A stretch of 64,000 bases of DNA, from the IMG/VR virus record IMGVR_UViG_3300024507_000285; one strand, given 5' to 3'. The translations under genes were made by a program, and so were the position numbers. Shown here piece after piece: positions 43,827-54,543 of this stretch (within the stretch, counting starts at the first letter, position 1; each line of letters opens with the position of its first letter). Origin of the DNA: a virus. Taxonomy: Duplodnaviria; Caudoviricetes. The notes under the pieces were generated by a model, which ran no database searches, was not told the DNA's origin, and saw only the letters and a program-made list of their open reading frames with translations.

Positions 43827-46291
43827 GGTAATTTTTCTCCACGTTGCGGAAATGCAAGATATTTATCTTCAAAATTTCCTTCTAATACGTCAATTAGGTA
43901 GCGATCTGCTTCAAAATTTAAAGATTTGAAATCAAATCCGCTAGATTTTATTCTTGAAACTATTGCTTCTGCCTTTCCTGGCAAGCAATAGCAAATTGGC
44001 AATGCTTTTACATATCCTGGTTCAAATGCTGCATTGTCTTGTATAGTTCTCATCCATAGCGGTAAAAATTCACTATCTCTTGAACCTAATTCTTTAATGC
44101 GATTCCTCATATTTTTGATAGAGTTTGGAAATATGCGTTGGTGATCACTATCACTCACCAACGGAATATCGCTATCAATTTTAATAGCATCAAAACTAAC
44201 AAGAACTTTACTATTAATATTATCTGGAAGATTTACAGATCTACTAATGCTTTTTCCATTTTTTTCTAACGGATCTTTAATTTCAACGTAGATAATTTCG
44301 TATTCTGTATTTTGTGTATCTACATTTTTCCCTTTAGCATACTTTACATCGCCAAATAATATTTTCTTTCGATAATGGTTTCTGCTCATAGACTGAACAT
44401 ATTTTACAGCTTCAACACTTTCAATGCCTGCAAAAATTAAAACTTTTAAATCAGTTTGCACTCCGTAATTTTTATCACCGTAACGATAAATTTCATTTGT
44501 TTTAAAAATGTTACCGTCGGTAATAAAGTTAAACCAATCTAATCTCTTTTCTTTATTTTGAAATGCTTTTACATATAAATTTGCAAAAGTTTTATCGCTT
44601 TCACCTATGACTTTAACTTTAAATTGACGAATTGATTCGGCAAAATGTACAGAGTCTCTTGCTCTAATATCAAAGATGAATGTTTTATCAAATGAACTTT
44701 CACCAGAATCAAAAGTAATGTTGTAAGAAAATGATCCTGTTGAATCTTCTGCGCTAGAGTCTCGGTCGTAGAATCTTGTAAGTCCCAGGCCATTAGAATC
44801 TGCAAATTGTCTAACTTTTCCGTTTATGTCACCTGTACTAATTAATTCTAATCCAGGCGGTAATGTTCCTCCGGTGAGTTCGTAAACGGTTCTTCCGCCA
44901 TATAACAAACTCTTTGCGTATACATTTAAATTACTTGGCTTATTGACTTTTATGGTTCCTAGGTCGCTGTCAGTGATCCATTCTATACTACTTTCAATTT
45001 CTCCGATAACATCAACGCTGAATGTTTTAGCACTTATAGAAACACTTGAAATCCAAAATTCTGGATTTTCAGACGGTGCTCGGTTTCTGTTCTCAGCAAT
45101 ACAAACATATATAAAACCTTCAAATACTACAGCATCATTTACAGGATATGTAATTGTGGAACTCCATGGTCCTTGTAGATTATACGAAAGAGTTGATATT
45201 GATTCTAAAAAGTTAACAGCGGATATTGTAAATTGATATGTTTTTGTAACAGCCGCCTGATATGGAACTTTACCTGCAATTTCGCCAGTATGTTGATCAA
45301 TAGTCATCCCCGGTGGAAGCTCACTAGAGGATCCGTCCGGATTTAATGTTTCTAAGAAATAAACTAATGTTCCAGTGAGACCAACTTGTCTGTATACATC
45401 TAAGAAAATAGTAATATAGTTATTAGCTCTAAATCTTCCTAGATAAGATTCAGTAATCCAAAGAGGTGTTCTTGTACTGCTAGAATCCGCTTGAAATAAA
45501 TTAGTATCAACTTGAATAATTGAGTTGTCGGCTTGTAAAAATTCTTCTGTTACAACCCATATTCTAAATAATCTTTTTACATCGTTACGTCCGTCTGATA
45601 CCGTAACAATAAATGTATAAGCACGGCTTAATCGTTTAGGAGTTCTGCTATTTTCCGAATAATCAAAATCTACATCATCGTACAAATAACTATCAAAGCC
45701 ATTGGATTTAGATTCCATTTTATCTAACGGCATCATGTCAAAGGAAGAAGTATCGTACGCCCCAGACGGGTTTCCGTTGTATTCAACTGCAAAAATAGGA
45801 TCAGTAAATCCAAAGATTCTGCCATCTTCGGATAATGTCAACCCTGGGGGAAGTTCTCCGCCTAGGGGTGTTAGATAATATTTTAAAGTATCGCCGGCTA
45901 CGGTATCTGGATCGTAAGCATCTAATTGAAAATCAACATATGCATTGTCTAAAACAAAGTATGCATTTTCAGGACCTACATTTAAAAATCCCTCTCTAGT
46001 AATCCATCTAGGTTCGTCTGAACCGTCTACTGAAATATTGAATGTTCTATCTTCAATGTCAACGCCGTCATCTGCTCGAATTACAAATCTACTTTCGGTA
46101 AATGTTCGAACTTCTGTTGGACTTCCAGTAATATTATTTCCTTCTACTCTTAGTCCGCGAGGTAATGAACCTGCAATTAGTGTAAAAGTTACATCCCCAG
46201 CAGCCGACGTTGCCTCTAGCGGAATTTGTAACGGAACACGTTCTGTAAGAATTCCTAGGCTACCTGCTGGAGTAATCCATGTTACTGCCAT
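43823..46291 (-). CDS. Putative baseplate wedge protein with putative-Ig (He_PIG-like) repeats
   Basis: Four LP(P/R)G(L/M)...G repeats each followed by F-x-I/V-x-A/V-x-D. Confidence 0.6.
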   Translation of the reverse strand: MAVTWITPAGSLGILTERVPLQIPLEATSAAGDVTFTLIAGSLPRGLRVEGNNITGSPTEVRTFTESRFVIRADDGVDIEDRTFNISVDGSDEPRWITREGFLNVGPENAYFVLDNAYVDFQLDAYDPDTVAGDTLKYYLTPLGGELPPGLTLSEDGRIFGFTDPIFAVEYNGNPSGAYDTSSFDMMPLDKMESKSNGFDSYLYDDVDFDYSENSRTPKRLSRAYTFIVTVSDGRNDVKRLFRIWVVTEEFLQADNSIIQVDTNLFQADSSSTRTPLWITESYLGRFRANNYITIFLDVYRQVGLTGTLVYFLETLNPDGSSSELPPGMTIDQHTGEIAGKVPYQAAVTKTYQFTISAVNFLESISTLSYNLQGPWSSTITYPVNDAVVFEGFIYVCIAENRNRAPSENPEFWISSVSISAKTFSVDVIGEIESSIEWITDSDLGTIKVNKPSNLNVYAKSLLYGGRTVYELTGGTLPPGLELISTGDINGKVRQFADSNGLGLTRFYDRDSSAEDSTGSFSYNITFDSGESSFDKTFIFDIRARDSVHFAESIRQFKVKVIGESDKTFANLYVKAFQNKEKRLDWFNFITDGNIFKTNEIYRYGDKNYGVQTDLKVLIFAGIESVEAVKYVQSMSRNHYRKKILFGDVKYAKGKNVDTQNTEYEIIYVEIKDPLEKNGKSISRSVNLPDNINSKVLVSFDAIKIDSDIPLVSDSDHQRIFPNSIKNMRNRIKELGSRDSEFLPLWMRTIQDNAAFEPGYVKALPICYCLPGKAEAIVSRIKSSGFDFKSLNFEADRYLIDVLEGNFEDKYLAFPQRGEKLP

Positions 46292-46302
46292 TAGTTAACT
46301 CC

Positions 46303-46866
46303 TTAAGGTGTTCCTAGATCGCCTAGATCTATGTTTAACCAACCTGGATTTTCAATAGTTCCAAAATCAATGTTAGCAGCAGCCAATGCCAATTGAGTAG
46401 GATTTATAAATGTTCCTCCAATAGGACCAAAATCTAAATTAAGTAAAATTTGATTTAAATCTAAAATTGTGTCAACCGTTACCACTGATCCAGAAGCAGC
46501 GGTTCTAATATTATCTCCGCCTTGAATTGTAATATTAGTTGTATGTCCTGCAGAGCTGGCTACAATATTACCTAAATCAGTATCTATTCTAGTAAATGCA
46601 TCTGGCTGTGTAGAATTAATAATAAGTGTATTAGGATTTTCTTCAATTAAAATCTTTGTTCCGGGCACTAGGTTTTTAAATTCTAAATTAGAATCAACTT
46701 TTTCTTTAAAAATTCCGTAGCCCGTTGTTCCAACATTTGATGCTGTTACGGTAATCTCTTGAGCTAGTGCTGAAAAATTGGCATTTACTTTTTGAAATGC
46801 CGAACGTAGGTCATCCCCTAATCCGTCATTTACTGCGTTGCCAATATTAATTGTTTGTATAGTCAT
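46303..46866 (-). CDS. gp9/gp10-like baseplate/fibre connector
   Basis: QTINIGNAVNDGLGDDLRSAFQKVNANF N-terminal motif. Confidence 0.65.
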   Translation of the reverse strand: MTIQTINIGNAVNDGLGDDLRSAFQKVNANFSALAQEITVTASNVGTTGYGIFKEKVDSNLEFKNLVPGTKILIEENPNTLIINSTQPDAFTRIDTDLGNIVASSAGHTTNITIQGGDNIRTAASGSVVTVDTILDLNQILLNLDFGPIGGTFINPTQLALAAANIDFGTIENPGWLNIDLGDLGTP

Positions 46867-46895
46867 ATCCCGCTCTCTTTTTAATCATAGCTTTG

Positions 46896-46911
46896 TATTT
46901 ATCGTTAAATA
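46896..46911. promoter_or_regulatory. Back-to-back divergent late promoters
   Basis: tatttatc|gttaaata. Confidence 0.55.
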
Positions 46912-46919
46912 TCATTCAT

Positions 46920-47387
46920 ATGCTTGACACTAATATACACGCAGATAATGATTTTTGGACTAATTTAAAGTGGCCCGCAGCCCCTAATCTAGACGACTAT
47001 GCAGTATTTGAAAGTTATTGTAAGGGTAGAGTTTTGCTGTTAGGTAGCACAAAACTGCTATTACCCCTGGCAACAGAAGCATGGGATCTAGAACCCAAGT
47101 ATGATGATCCTAAAATTAAAAACCGTGACTGGTTTAGTTTAGACGAACACTGGGACACTATAATTGTAGATGGTGCTCTAGCATTTGGTGAAGAATACTG
47201 CAAAAAGTTATTAGCTGTTGTTCTACCAAACTGCGATAGATTTGTTGCCCGTGCTTTTCTTAATCCTAACTGGCCCACAAAATATGCTGTATATTTTCCT
47301 CGTGCTAAAGAATTAACTCCACAGCCCCAAGAGCATCCTATTAACGAAGTTTATACATTTTACATATGGAACAACCAACAATCCTAG
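46920..47387 (+). CDS. Class I SAM-dependent methyltransferase-like protein
   Basis: VLLLGST, AWDL, RDWFSL, WDTIIVDGAL. Confidence 0.45.
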   Translation: MLDTNIHADNDFWTNLKWPAAPNLDDYAVFESYCKGRVLLLGSTKLLLPLATEAWDLEPKYDDPKIKNRDWFSLDEHWDTIIVDGALAFGEEYCKKLLAVVLPNCDRFVARAFLNPNWPTKYAVYFPRAKELTPQPQEHPINEVYTFYIWNNQQS

Positions 47388-47956
47388 CCATGTACTCAGG
47401 CGGTTTAGACAGCCTAGGTATGGTTTACCGACTATTAACAGATCCTGAGTATAAGGATCATCGCTTACACATACATCACATGCACAACAAAAATGTGGAA
47501 CGTAGACACAAGGCAGAAGCAGTCACGGTTAAGATTGCTCTAGATGAACTTAAAGCTCTAGGCTTTGACTTTGATTATAGTAGCAGTGAAATAGGTGTAC
47601 CTGCTTATGGCAGACACTTTATGTTTGACACTGACAGCATTAACTTTTTTGCTGGGTATATCTGTTCAGTAAATCCTGAGATAGTAAATGTTGCTCTAGG
47701 TATGAATGCCGGCGATGCTAACCATAGCCTAGAAGAACGCCGTAAAAGGGCTGACACCATTCTAGGTGCGTTTACCAGTGTAAAGAAAATCTATCCTGTA
47801 CTCACAATGACCAAACGTGAGATTTATGATAGTCTACCAGATAGTCTCAAGAACAAGTTTTGGTCGTGTCGCACACCTGTATATACAGAAACAAGTATTA
47901 CACCCTGCGGTCAGTGTCCTACCTGCGTTAAGTTAAAAGAACAGGGAATACGTTAG
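47366..47956 (+). CDS. QueC-like PP-loop ATPase (divergent)
   Basis: SGGLDS, P...TKREI, WSC...CGQCPTC. Confidence 0.7.
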   Translation: MEQPTILAMYSGGLDSLGMVYRLLTDPEYKDHRLHIHHMHNKNVERRHKAEAVTVKIALDELKALGFDFDYSSSEIGVPAYGRHFMFDTDSINFFAGYICSVNPEIVNVALGMNAGDANHSLEERRKRADTILGAFTSVKKIYPVLTMTKREIYDSLPDSLKNKFWSCRTPVYTETSITPCGQCPTCVKLKEQGIR

Positions 47957-48609
47957 AGTCCGTACTTGCTCTTGGTGCTTGTCCAAGTTGACCCTGCTGT
48001 TGATGAAACATTAAGATCGTTAAACTTTCCTTGGTACCTAGCAGATGTTACTAAATTAGTTGAATCAGAAACACCAATGGCCAAGAAAGTAGTACTAGGA
48101 GCACCTCTAGTTATACTACCTGTTGCGGCTGTGCCATTATTCAACGATACACTCAATGTTCCCGCATCGTAGAAATAGTAAACATGATTCCACGCATTTA
48201 AGTTTACCGTGTTGCCGCAGGTAATGCCTGGAGCTGCCCCTGGCCATACTCTAGCATGTAGTACATTAGACGAACTAATTTCCATCATAGTATAATGATA
48301 GCCAGAATTCTCATCACCTGTTTCAAATTCGCTCATGATAATAGTATTAGCGGATGTGGGATAGAACCATAAATTAATAGCAATGGTACCAAACGATCCC
48401 AGCGATTCTGAAATTACACAATTAGTTCCGTCAAGTGTGTGTAAACTGCCTGTGCTGGCATCTGGGAATGTATAACTTCCATAAGTTGGACTAGTAGCAT
48501 TTGTATAGGCCCATGTCTTAGAAACACCGTTTACTAAAAATGATCCCTGCGGAAGGACAGGCCCGGCACTGGCCCTCCCTGCGGTTATTAAGATTTGACT
48601 AATAGGCAT
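47953..48609 (-). CDS. LamG/concanavalin A-like lectin domain protein
   Basis: INLWFYP, LNAWNHV, YQGKFNDLNV. Confidence 0.7.
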   Translation of the reverse strand: MPISQILITAGRASAGPVLPQGSFLVNGVSKTWAYTNATSPTYGSYTFPDASTGSLHTLDGTNCVISESLGSFGTIAINLWFYPTSANTIIMSEFETGDENSGYHYTMMEISSSNVLHARVWPGAAPGITCGNTVNLNAWNHVYYFYDAGTLSVSLNNGTAATGSITRGAPSTTFLAIGVSDSTNLVTSARYQGKFNDLNVSSTAGSTWTSTKSKYGL

Positions 48610-48611
48610 GA

Positions 48612-51600
48612 TTAATCGTTATTCACTATGTTGTTGGCTGTTAACAACCAATCGTTAGTACCAATCTTCATCAGTGTAGCAGTCTGTACTCCTTTGAATC
48701 CCCAGATACTTGCAGTGGTCATGCCAGCGGCCCATATTCTAGGAGCATCATCGTCCATGTTGTAGCCCACAGGTTCTACATTAATATAATATGTATCAGA
48801 AATATCAAGGTTGATCAATGTTATAATACTGCCCACAGGGAACGCTACGCTTGTTGTTTTAGGCACATATACCGTTAGATTTTGTATGTAGCCCTGTGAT
48901 GGTGCTGACACGTTCTTGATAAACTTGCCACGATCTGATAACTTTAGAGTTATGTTCCAATTTATAAAATCATCAGCCTGTAGGTTTTGTGTGCTATGTG
49001 GAATATCCGCAGGGTTATGACCTAAATCACCGCCCTGTACAAAATCAACTTTTTCAACGCCCACTAGACCTTTGGTATCAAAGTTAGCATTAAGGATTCT
49101 GTTTGACCAAGTGTACGGGTTCCACATCAGTGTAGCCTGTACCTCAGCAATTTGTATAGTGTTATTCTGCGCTGTTAGTACTGAACTTAAATCATCTGAA
49201 CTAGTATTGCCATATGCTTCCCATGGTAGATCTATAAGTCCTGTGACAACACCATTTACAGAGCCGATTTGATCAGTAGGTTCAAAGTCATCAGTGATGC
49301 TCATAGACCATAGTTGACCGTCATGGTTATAGTTGCCCATGATCTCAGCATAGCCCACTACCACCGCCTGTGTGGCTGTTAGCGCAAAGTGACGATAGTT
49401 GTTATTATAGTCAACATAAGTAGTCAGGTTACTATTTTCCATGTACATGTGTCTACTCCACAGATGTTCTAGTGAAAGATTAAACTTCTGTACAGCCACG
49501 CCGTTGTTTGACATACCCATGACATTGTACTGACTCCAGATGGCATATAAGTATTCTTGGCCATCATCGCCACGGGCTATGTCAATGTTCAAACGGCCGC
49601 CATATGGACCGTTAGGTTGTATTCTGTTAATAACTAGACCATTGTTGGCAAAACAAGTAATGTCAGATCCCATTCCTGATGATGATGCATAGATCTGTCC
49701 GTTGGCTGCAACTGCCATAGTGTTGATTTCCCACTGATTGTCTAAACCTCTAACCCATGATGTAGCACCTGCGCTAGTCAACTTCCATATGAAGCCACCG
49801 CCACCGCCACCGTTTCTTGATCCGTTGGTGTAGCCTGAAACATAGATAGCGTCAATGTCGTTGGCATTAACTGCCACTGATGCGGCATAACCGTAGTCAT
49901 AGGCTTCTTCCATGTCTAAGAATTTCTTCCAGGCATTGGTCCAGACAAAAGGTCTTCCACTTACCTGTTTGTATACCACATAAGTTCCTGTACTGAAGTT
50001 TTCAGTGGTATAGCCTAAGACTGAAGTATTGATAGTGATGTTAGTAAGTTCTGGAGTTCCGCTAGTTGTTAACGAACCAGTTATTCCACCGTTCGCGCCG
50101 CTGGATGTTATAGTGAATATAGCATCGTTTTCTTGGCTCAATACACTGATCGTTCCTGTTGGAGTAAAATCTCCAGGGATATCAAAAGACCAATAGTTAG
50201 CATCATAATCCTGAAAGTTGTTGATCAGTGAACCAGAAGGTATGCCCCATCCTATAACAGGACTGCCATTGCCTACTTGATAATTTAATACAGCGTGATT
50301 TAGTTTAGGAGCAAAAATTGTCACGGTATTTGTAGTAGGATTATTGTTTTGAACTACGGGACTAACTAGGTCAACGGTAAATCCATCTACACCACCTAGT
50401 TGGCTTCCTGGGATTTTTATAACATCACCTGTGTTATAGTTTGTACCTGCTGTGGTTACATCACTGATACTAAATCCAAAATAAGCAGAGCCGCTGTAGT
50501 TGATGCGTACTTTGATTTCAGCACCACCTGCCGCTGGATTATCTACCAGTAAGTTAGTAGGTGTTAGTCCAGTGAATAAGCCAATGCCCTGATCAAGTAG
50601 TTGCTTGCCTGTGATATTAGTGCCGCTTAGATACCAACTGGTGTCACCTGCGGTCATTAGACTGCCTCTAATATCTGTATTAGCAGCATTTAATATCAGT
50701 TTGCCAACACCTGAGCCTGTTTGAGGACTTAATGAGCCACTGGCCAGCATATCTCCATATGTTCGACCTACAATGACCCAACCTAGGGTTGGATGCCATT
50801 TCATATCGCGTGGTGTTATGTTACCGTCTACGTCATAGAAGTCTGTGGCAGCGCCTTCAAAGTTGCCGTCAGCGTCTAACTCAGCCAGTTTGAAGTATTC
50901 ATAAGATCTTCCATCGTTGGTAGTGTACAAGATTGTTGCCTTGTTAGTGGTAGGATTAACTCCTACCACAGGAACGTCCCAAGCAGTATCTTGAGTTGCA
51001 CCGCCTACCAGTTTACTCCAAAGTAATGCGCCGTCTTTGCTGAACTTGCTGATCATACCGTCAGCATAGTTAGCATGTTCGCCACCTATGTAATAGTTGC
51101 CATCAGAATCTGCTGCCACGGTATTGAAAGTGAGATCAGCTTCCCAACCTCTGTGCCAAGCATAGTTTACGTTGTCACCCATGTCGCTGACAAATGTACT
51201 GCCATTGCGCTGTGTGCGTATATCAGTTTCAATGACTTTAATTTCTGACTCTGAACGCATTGTAACATGTCCAGGTGTTGTACCTGCTTCTTTAGTGCTG
51301 ACAAAGTTGTCGTCAGTGCCAAGGAATAGTTCAACGTTGCCGTGGTGTCCCTTCATGTGGATATGACCTAGGTCGTCCATTGAACTAGGAGCGCCACCTG
51401 TGTAGATGTCTACCCACTGACCTAGACCTTCATAAGTTGAGTCAGGTTTAATACGAGCAGTTGGCTTAGTTACAGCCACATAGTCACTAGATGTTACCGT
51501 GATCGGAAATGCTGGATCTGTGACACTACTTTCTACCGTAGTTTCCTCAACCCACTCATATAGTATAGCATCTGGAGGCAATCCGCCATCTGGACCAACC

Positions 51601-53618
51601 GTAATAGTGTCAATAGTTCTAACTTCCCCCGTGCGGAACGTAATGACATCGCCTACTGATATAGAATTACCTGCGGGTAATAACACTCCAGTTAAACTAC
51701 TAGCGCCGCCACTTGAACTACCGCTGTAGTCTACATAGTAAGTGAATTGATAGCCAGTACTAGCGACATATCCGTCACCTACTAGTTGAGCACCGCTGCC
51801 AGCACCACCTAGTACGCTAGTACCTGTGCTGTCACGAATGTCGCCACCTACTGGCAGTTGTAGTGCTCCGTCATTCTTAAATATCCAGTGGTTATTTGTG
51901 CCTACGGTATAAACATGTACCTCACCGTTGTTACCGGTACCTGACCCAGCACCTGCTTTAATTCTAACATCGCCGCCGTCGCCTGATGTGACATTAGTTC
52001 CATCGCCCGCAGTGATTTCGATGTAGCCGCCAGTGCCTCCAGGACCAGTAGCATCTCCGCCTTCTACTTTTACATAGCCACCAGCACCGCCTTGACCACC
52101 ACGGACTTTTACATCACCGCCATTGCCTTGACTATCTATAGCACCACCGTCGCCTCCGGTACCTGCCCAAATATAAACGTCACCACCTTCGCCTTTACTT
52201 TGATTTTCTCCACCCCAACCTTTTTGTCCTTGGATGACAATTCGTTGAGCACTGGAATTGTTGTTATCGGGCACTGGACCTGTTATGATTATTTGATCAT
52301 AGGGATCATTTTCTCCGCCTAATCGTAGAGTAGGACCGTTTAGGCTATAACCGCTTTGATAGCCGGTATTGTTGAGATGGGGTAGTTTTAGGCTACCGTC
52401 AGTATCAAATGTCCACCAATGGCTGCTGTTATCGTTGTTGGCTTCTATGCGAACATAACTGGTATTTGACACTAATTCAATTTGAGTTTCAGCCTTAATT
52501 TCTATCTGGTCGCCTTTAGCCTCCATCCAAATGTCATCAGCAGCATAGATGTTAACATCGCAATCGTCTGTATATCCTTCTGGACGAATGGTTTCGATAG
52601 TCAAGTCGCCTTCGTTGGTCCAGGTGATATTTCCTTCGCCCGGGTACGGACTGGTTAAATCTACTAGTTTTCTCCAGATAGGTGCTTGATTTATCGTACC
52701 AGAATATACAATGGTTGCTGGATCACCAATGCTGGATGTTGTTGGATCAATGCCTGCGCGATAAGGCCATTGGAAAAACAAAGTAGTTCCATTATAACTT
52801 AGGTTTGAACAGGTCTGAACACCGCCAAATGCCTCCCCAGCATCAATGGTCCAATCGCTGGGATTCCAGTTACCGTTCTGATAGATGTACAACAGGTCTG
52901 GTTGAGCACTGGCTAATACTGCTATCTGATTTAATGTGTCGCCGCTTTGATAGGTACCATAATTTTCAGAGTTTTCAACAGAGTAAGGATCTTGATATTG
53001 TGAAGTATTATCAACCCAATCATCTGTACAAACGTAAGTTTCACCGTCTGGTGTTAGAGCAATGGTACCACGTTGGTCACCTTCTACACCTGTTGGAAAG
53101 TTAACACTACGTTCTACAATAGCACCACCTGCACCGCCGCCAATAGTTTCAACATCGCCTGCTCGCATTCTAGGGCGGAAAGGAATCTGTATCCAATAGT
53201 TAGTATCAAAGTTATTAAAATCATATGCGCCGTTGGCAATGGCCCACATATCAGTCGAAGTTGCTCTGGCTACATCTGTACTATCTAGATTGGCGCCTTC
53301 AAACGTAACTTCAATCTTGTCAATAGGCCCATACCCAAGCTCTTCATCATCAATAATTGCTTGATATGTTGCAGGAGCCCAACCATCAGGCCTAGTTCCT
53401 GGCTGTGTTAGTTGTTGCCAATAACTATGATCAATAACGGTGATACTTCCAGTAGTCCATCCATTTTCTGTTTGATCACCTGTGTCATTAACCTCTTCTA
53501 CAATGTAGTTAACAGCCTGTGTAACGCCAGGAATAACAACACCTGTGTTACCTGCTTGTAAATCGACACCGCCAATGGTCAGTGTTGAACTCTGAATTTC
53601 AAATGGTTTAATAGCCAT
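48612..53618 (-). CDS. Large tail fibre/adhesin with Gly-rich segment and beta-propeller repeats
   Basis: GGDGG-rich stretch; VAADSDGNYYIGG...KFSKDGALLW repeats; FPVGS...LMKIGTNDW C-domain. Confidence 0.7.
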   Translation of the reverse strand: MAIKPFEIQSSTLTIGGVDLQAGNTGVVIPGVTQAVNYIVEEVNDTGDQTENGWTTGSITVIDHSYWQQLTQPGTRPDGWAPATYQAIIDDEELGYGPIDKIEVTFEGANLDSTDVARATSTDMWAIANGAYDFNNFDTNYWIQIPFRPRMRAGDVETIGGGAGGAIVERSVNFPTGVEGDQRGTIALTPDGETYVCTDDWVDNTSQYQDPYSVENSENYGTYQSGDTLNQIAVLASAQPDLLYIYQNGNWNPSDWTIDAGEAFGGVQTCSNLSYNGTTLFFQWPYRAGIDPTTSSIGDPATIVYSGTINQAPIWRKLVDLTSPYPGEGNITWTNEGDLTIETIRPEGYTDDCDVNIYAADDIWMEAKGDQIEIKAETQIELVSNTSYVRIEANNDNSSHWWTFDTDGSLKLPHLNNTGYQSGYSLNGPTLRLGGENDPYDQIIITGPVPDNNNSSAQRIVIQGQKGWGGENQSKGEGGDVYIWAGTGGDGGAIDSQGNGGDVKVRGGQGGAGGYVKVEGGDATGPGGTGGYIEITAGDGTNVTSGDGGDVRIKAGAGSGTGNNGEVHVYTVGTNNHWIFKNDGALQLPVGGDIRDSTGTSVLGGAGSGAQLVGDGYVASTGYQFTYYVDYSGSSSGGASSLTGVLLPAGNSISVGDVITFRTGEVRTIDTITVGPDGGLPPDAILYEWVEETTVESSVTDPAFPITVTSSDYVAVTKPTARIKPDSTYEGLGQWVDIYTGGAPSSMDDLGHIHMKGHHGNVELFLGTDDNFVSTKEAGTTPGHVTMRSESEIKVIETDIRTQRNGSTFVSDMGDNVNYAWHRGWEADLTFNTVAADSDGNYYIGGEHANYADGMISKFSKDGALLWSKLVGGATQDTAWDVPVVGVNPTTNKATILYTTNDGRSYEYFKLAELDADGNFEGAATDFYDVDGNITPRDMKWHPTLGWVIVGRTYGDMLASGSLSPQTGSGVGKLILNAANTDIRGSLMTAGDTSWYLSGTNITGKQLLDQGIGLFTGLTPTNLLVDNPAAGGAEIKVRINYSGSAYFGFSISDVTTAGTNYNTGDVIKIPGSQLGGVDGFTVDLVSPVVQNNNPTTNTVTIFAPKLNHAVLNYQVGNGSPVIGWGIPSGSLINNFQDYDANYWSFDIPGDFTPTGTISVLSQENDAIFTITSSGANGGITGSLTTSGTPELTNITINTSVLGYTTENFSTGTYVVYKQVSGRPFVWTNAWKKFLDMEEAYDYGYAASVAVNANDIDAIYVSGYTNGSRNGGGGGGFIWKLTSAGATSWVRGLDNQWEINTMAVAANGQIYASSSGMGSDITCFANNGLVINRIQPNGPYGGRLNIDIARGDDGQEYLYAIWSQYNVMGMSNNGVAVQKFNLSLEHLWSRHMYMENSNLTTYVDYNNNYRHFALTATQAVVVGYAEIMGNYNHDGQLWSMSITDDFEPTDQIGSVNGVVTGLIDLPWEAYGNTSSDDLSSVLTAQNNTIQIAEVQATLMWNPYTWSNRILNANFDTKGLVGVEKVDFVQGGDLGHNPADIPHSTQNLQADDFINWNITLKLSDRGKFIKNVSAPSQGYIQNLTVYVPKTTSVAFPVGSIITLINLDISDTYYINVEPVGYNMDDDAPRIWAAGMTTASIWGFKGVQTATLMKIGTNDWLLTANNIVNND

Positions 53619-53632
53619 AGTATTTTTTTTCC

Positions 53633-54532
53633 TTAAAAGTTGCTGCTAAATTCTACAGCGTGTGCATTAACGTAAACATTGTTTGTTGTACTAATTGGAC
53701 GACAAGTAATTTCCATTTTTTGAGATATACTATTCCATCTTCCGTCAAATTCTGCAAATGCTGAGGTTCCTGAATATGTTATACCGTATGCTGTTATATG
53801 AACTAAATTGTCATTTTGTCCTTTGACAGCAATAATATCACATGCCTGCATTTCTACCTCAGACCCGCCACCGTCTACAACTCCCTCAACCATAACAAAT
53901 AGTTTAATAGCAGATACATTATTATATGAAGTATAAATTACCGTATCGACACTTACCGGGCAAATTGTTTCATTTTGACCTCTCAACCTTGGCCCGCTTG
54001 GGAAAGTTATGCTACCTTCTCCAATTGAAAAAGTTTGATTTGAAACACCGTCTGTTGTGTTAAGTTGTAATCCGCTGTCAGTTAATAACAAAGAACCGCC
54101 AGCAGTTCCGCCTACGATGTCACTTAATGCTTCTATTAAAACAGCACTTGTCGTAGCAGTTACACGACCTACAGATGTGTTATTAGCACCAGCTGGATCA
54201 ACATATGCTTCCATACTAATAGTACTATTTGTTAATGTTAATTTAGATCCAACAATATTTGTAAAAGTGTCTATACCATCAGTAGTTGTTTCTTCTAATC
54301 GTTTTTCTAATACAGAATCTACTAATGTAAGTCCATCTGGAAATGTTAGTATTCCTGTTGATCCTAGATCAACAACGTGTGTGCCATTTACTAATTGATT
54401 TGCCGCAGCATCTAAACCAGTAGTTGTATAAAGTTCTGTAAAGTTAGCATTAACTTTTTGGAATGCAGTTCGAAGGCTATCGCCTTTCTTATCATTAGCG
54501 GTTAATCCTACATTTATTGTTTGTTTTGCCAT
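53633..54532 (-). CDS. Tail fibre-like protein with gp9/gp10-type N-terminus
   Basis: QTINVGLTANDKKGDSLRTAFQKVNANFTELY. Confidence 0.65.
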   Translation of the reverse strand: MAKQTINVGLTANDKKGDSLRTAFQKVNANFTELYTTTGLDAAANQLVNGTHVVDLGSTGILTFPDGLTLVDSVLEKRLEETTTDGIDTFTNIVGSKLTLTNSTISMEAYVDPAGANNTSVGRVTATTSAVLIEALSDIVGGTAGGSLLLTDSGLQLNTTDGVSNQTFSIGEGSITFPSGPRLRGQNETICPVSVDTVIYTSYNNVSAIKLFVMVEGVVDGGGSEVEMQACDIIAVKGQNDNLVHITAYGITYSGTSAFAEFDGRWNSISQKMEITCRPISTTNNVYVNAHAVEFSSNF

Positions 54533-54543
54533 TTATTGCTCCG

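Noticed and set aside
47366-47956. Calling this canonical queC completing the preQ0 pathway
   Set aside because: Missing substrate-loop motifs, remote, inverted and late-promoter-linked; left as QueC-like
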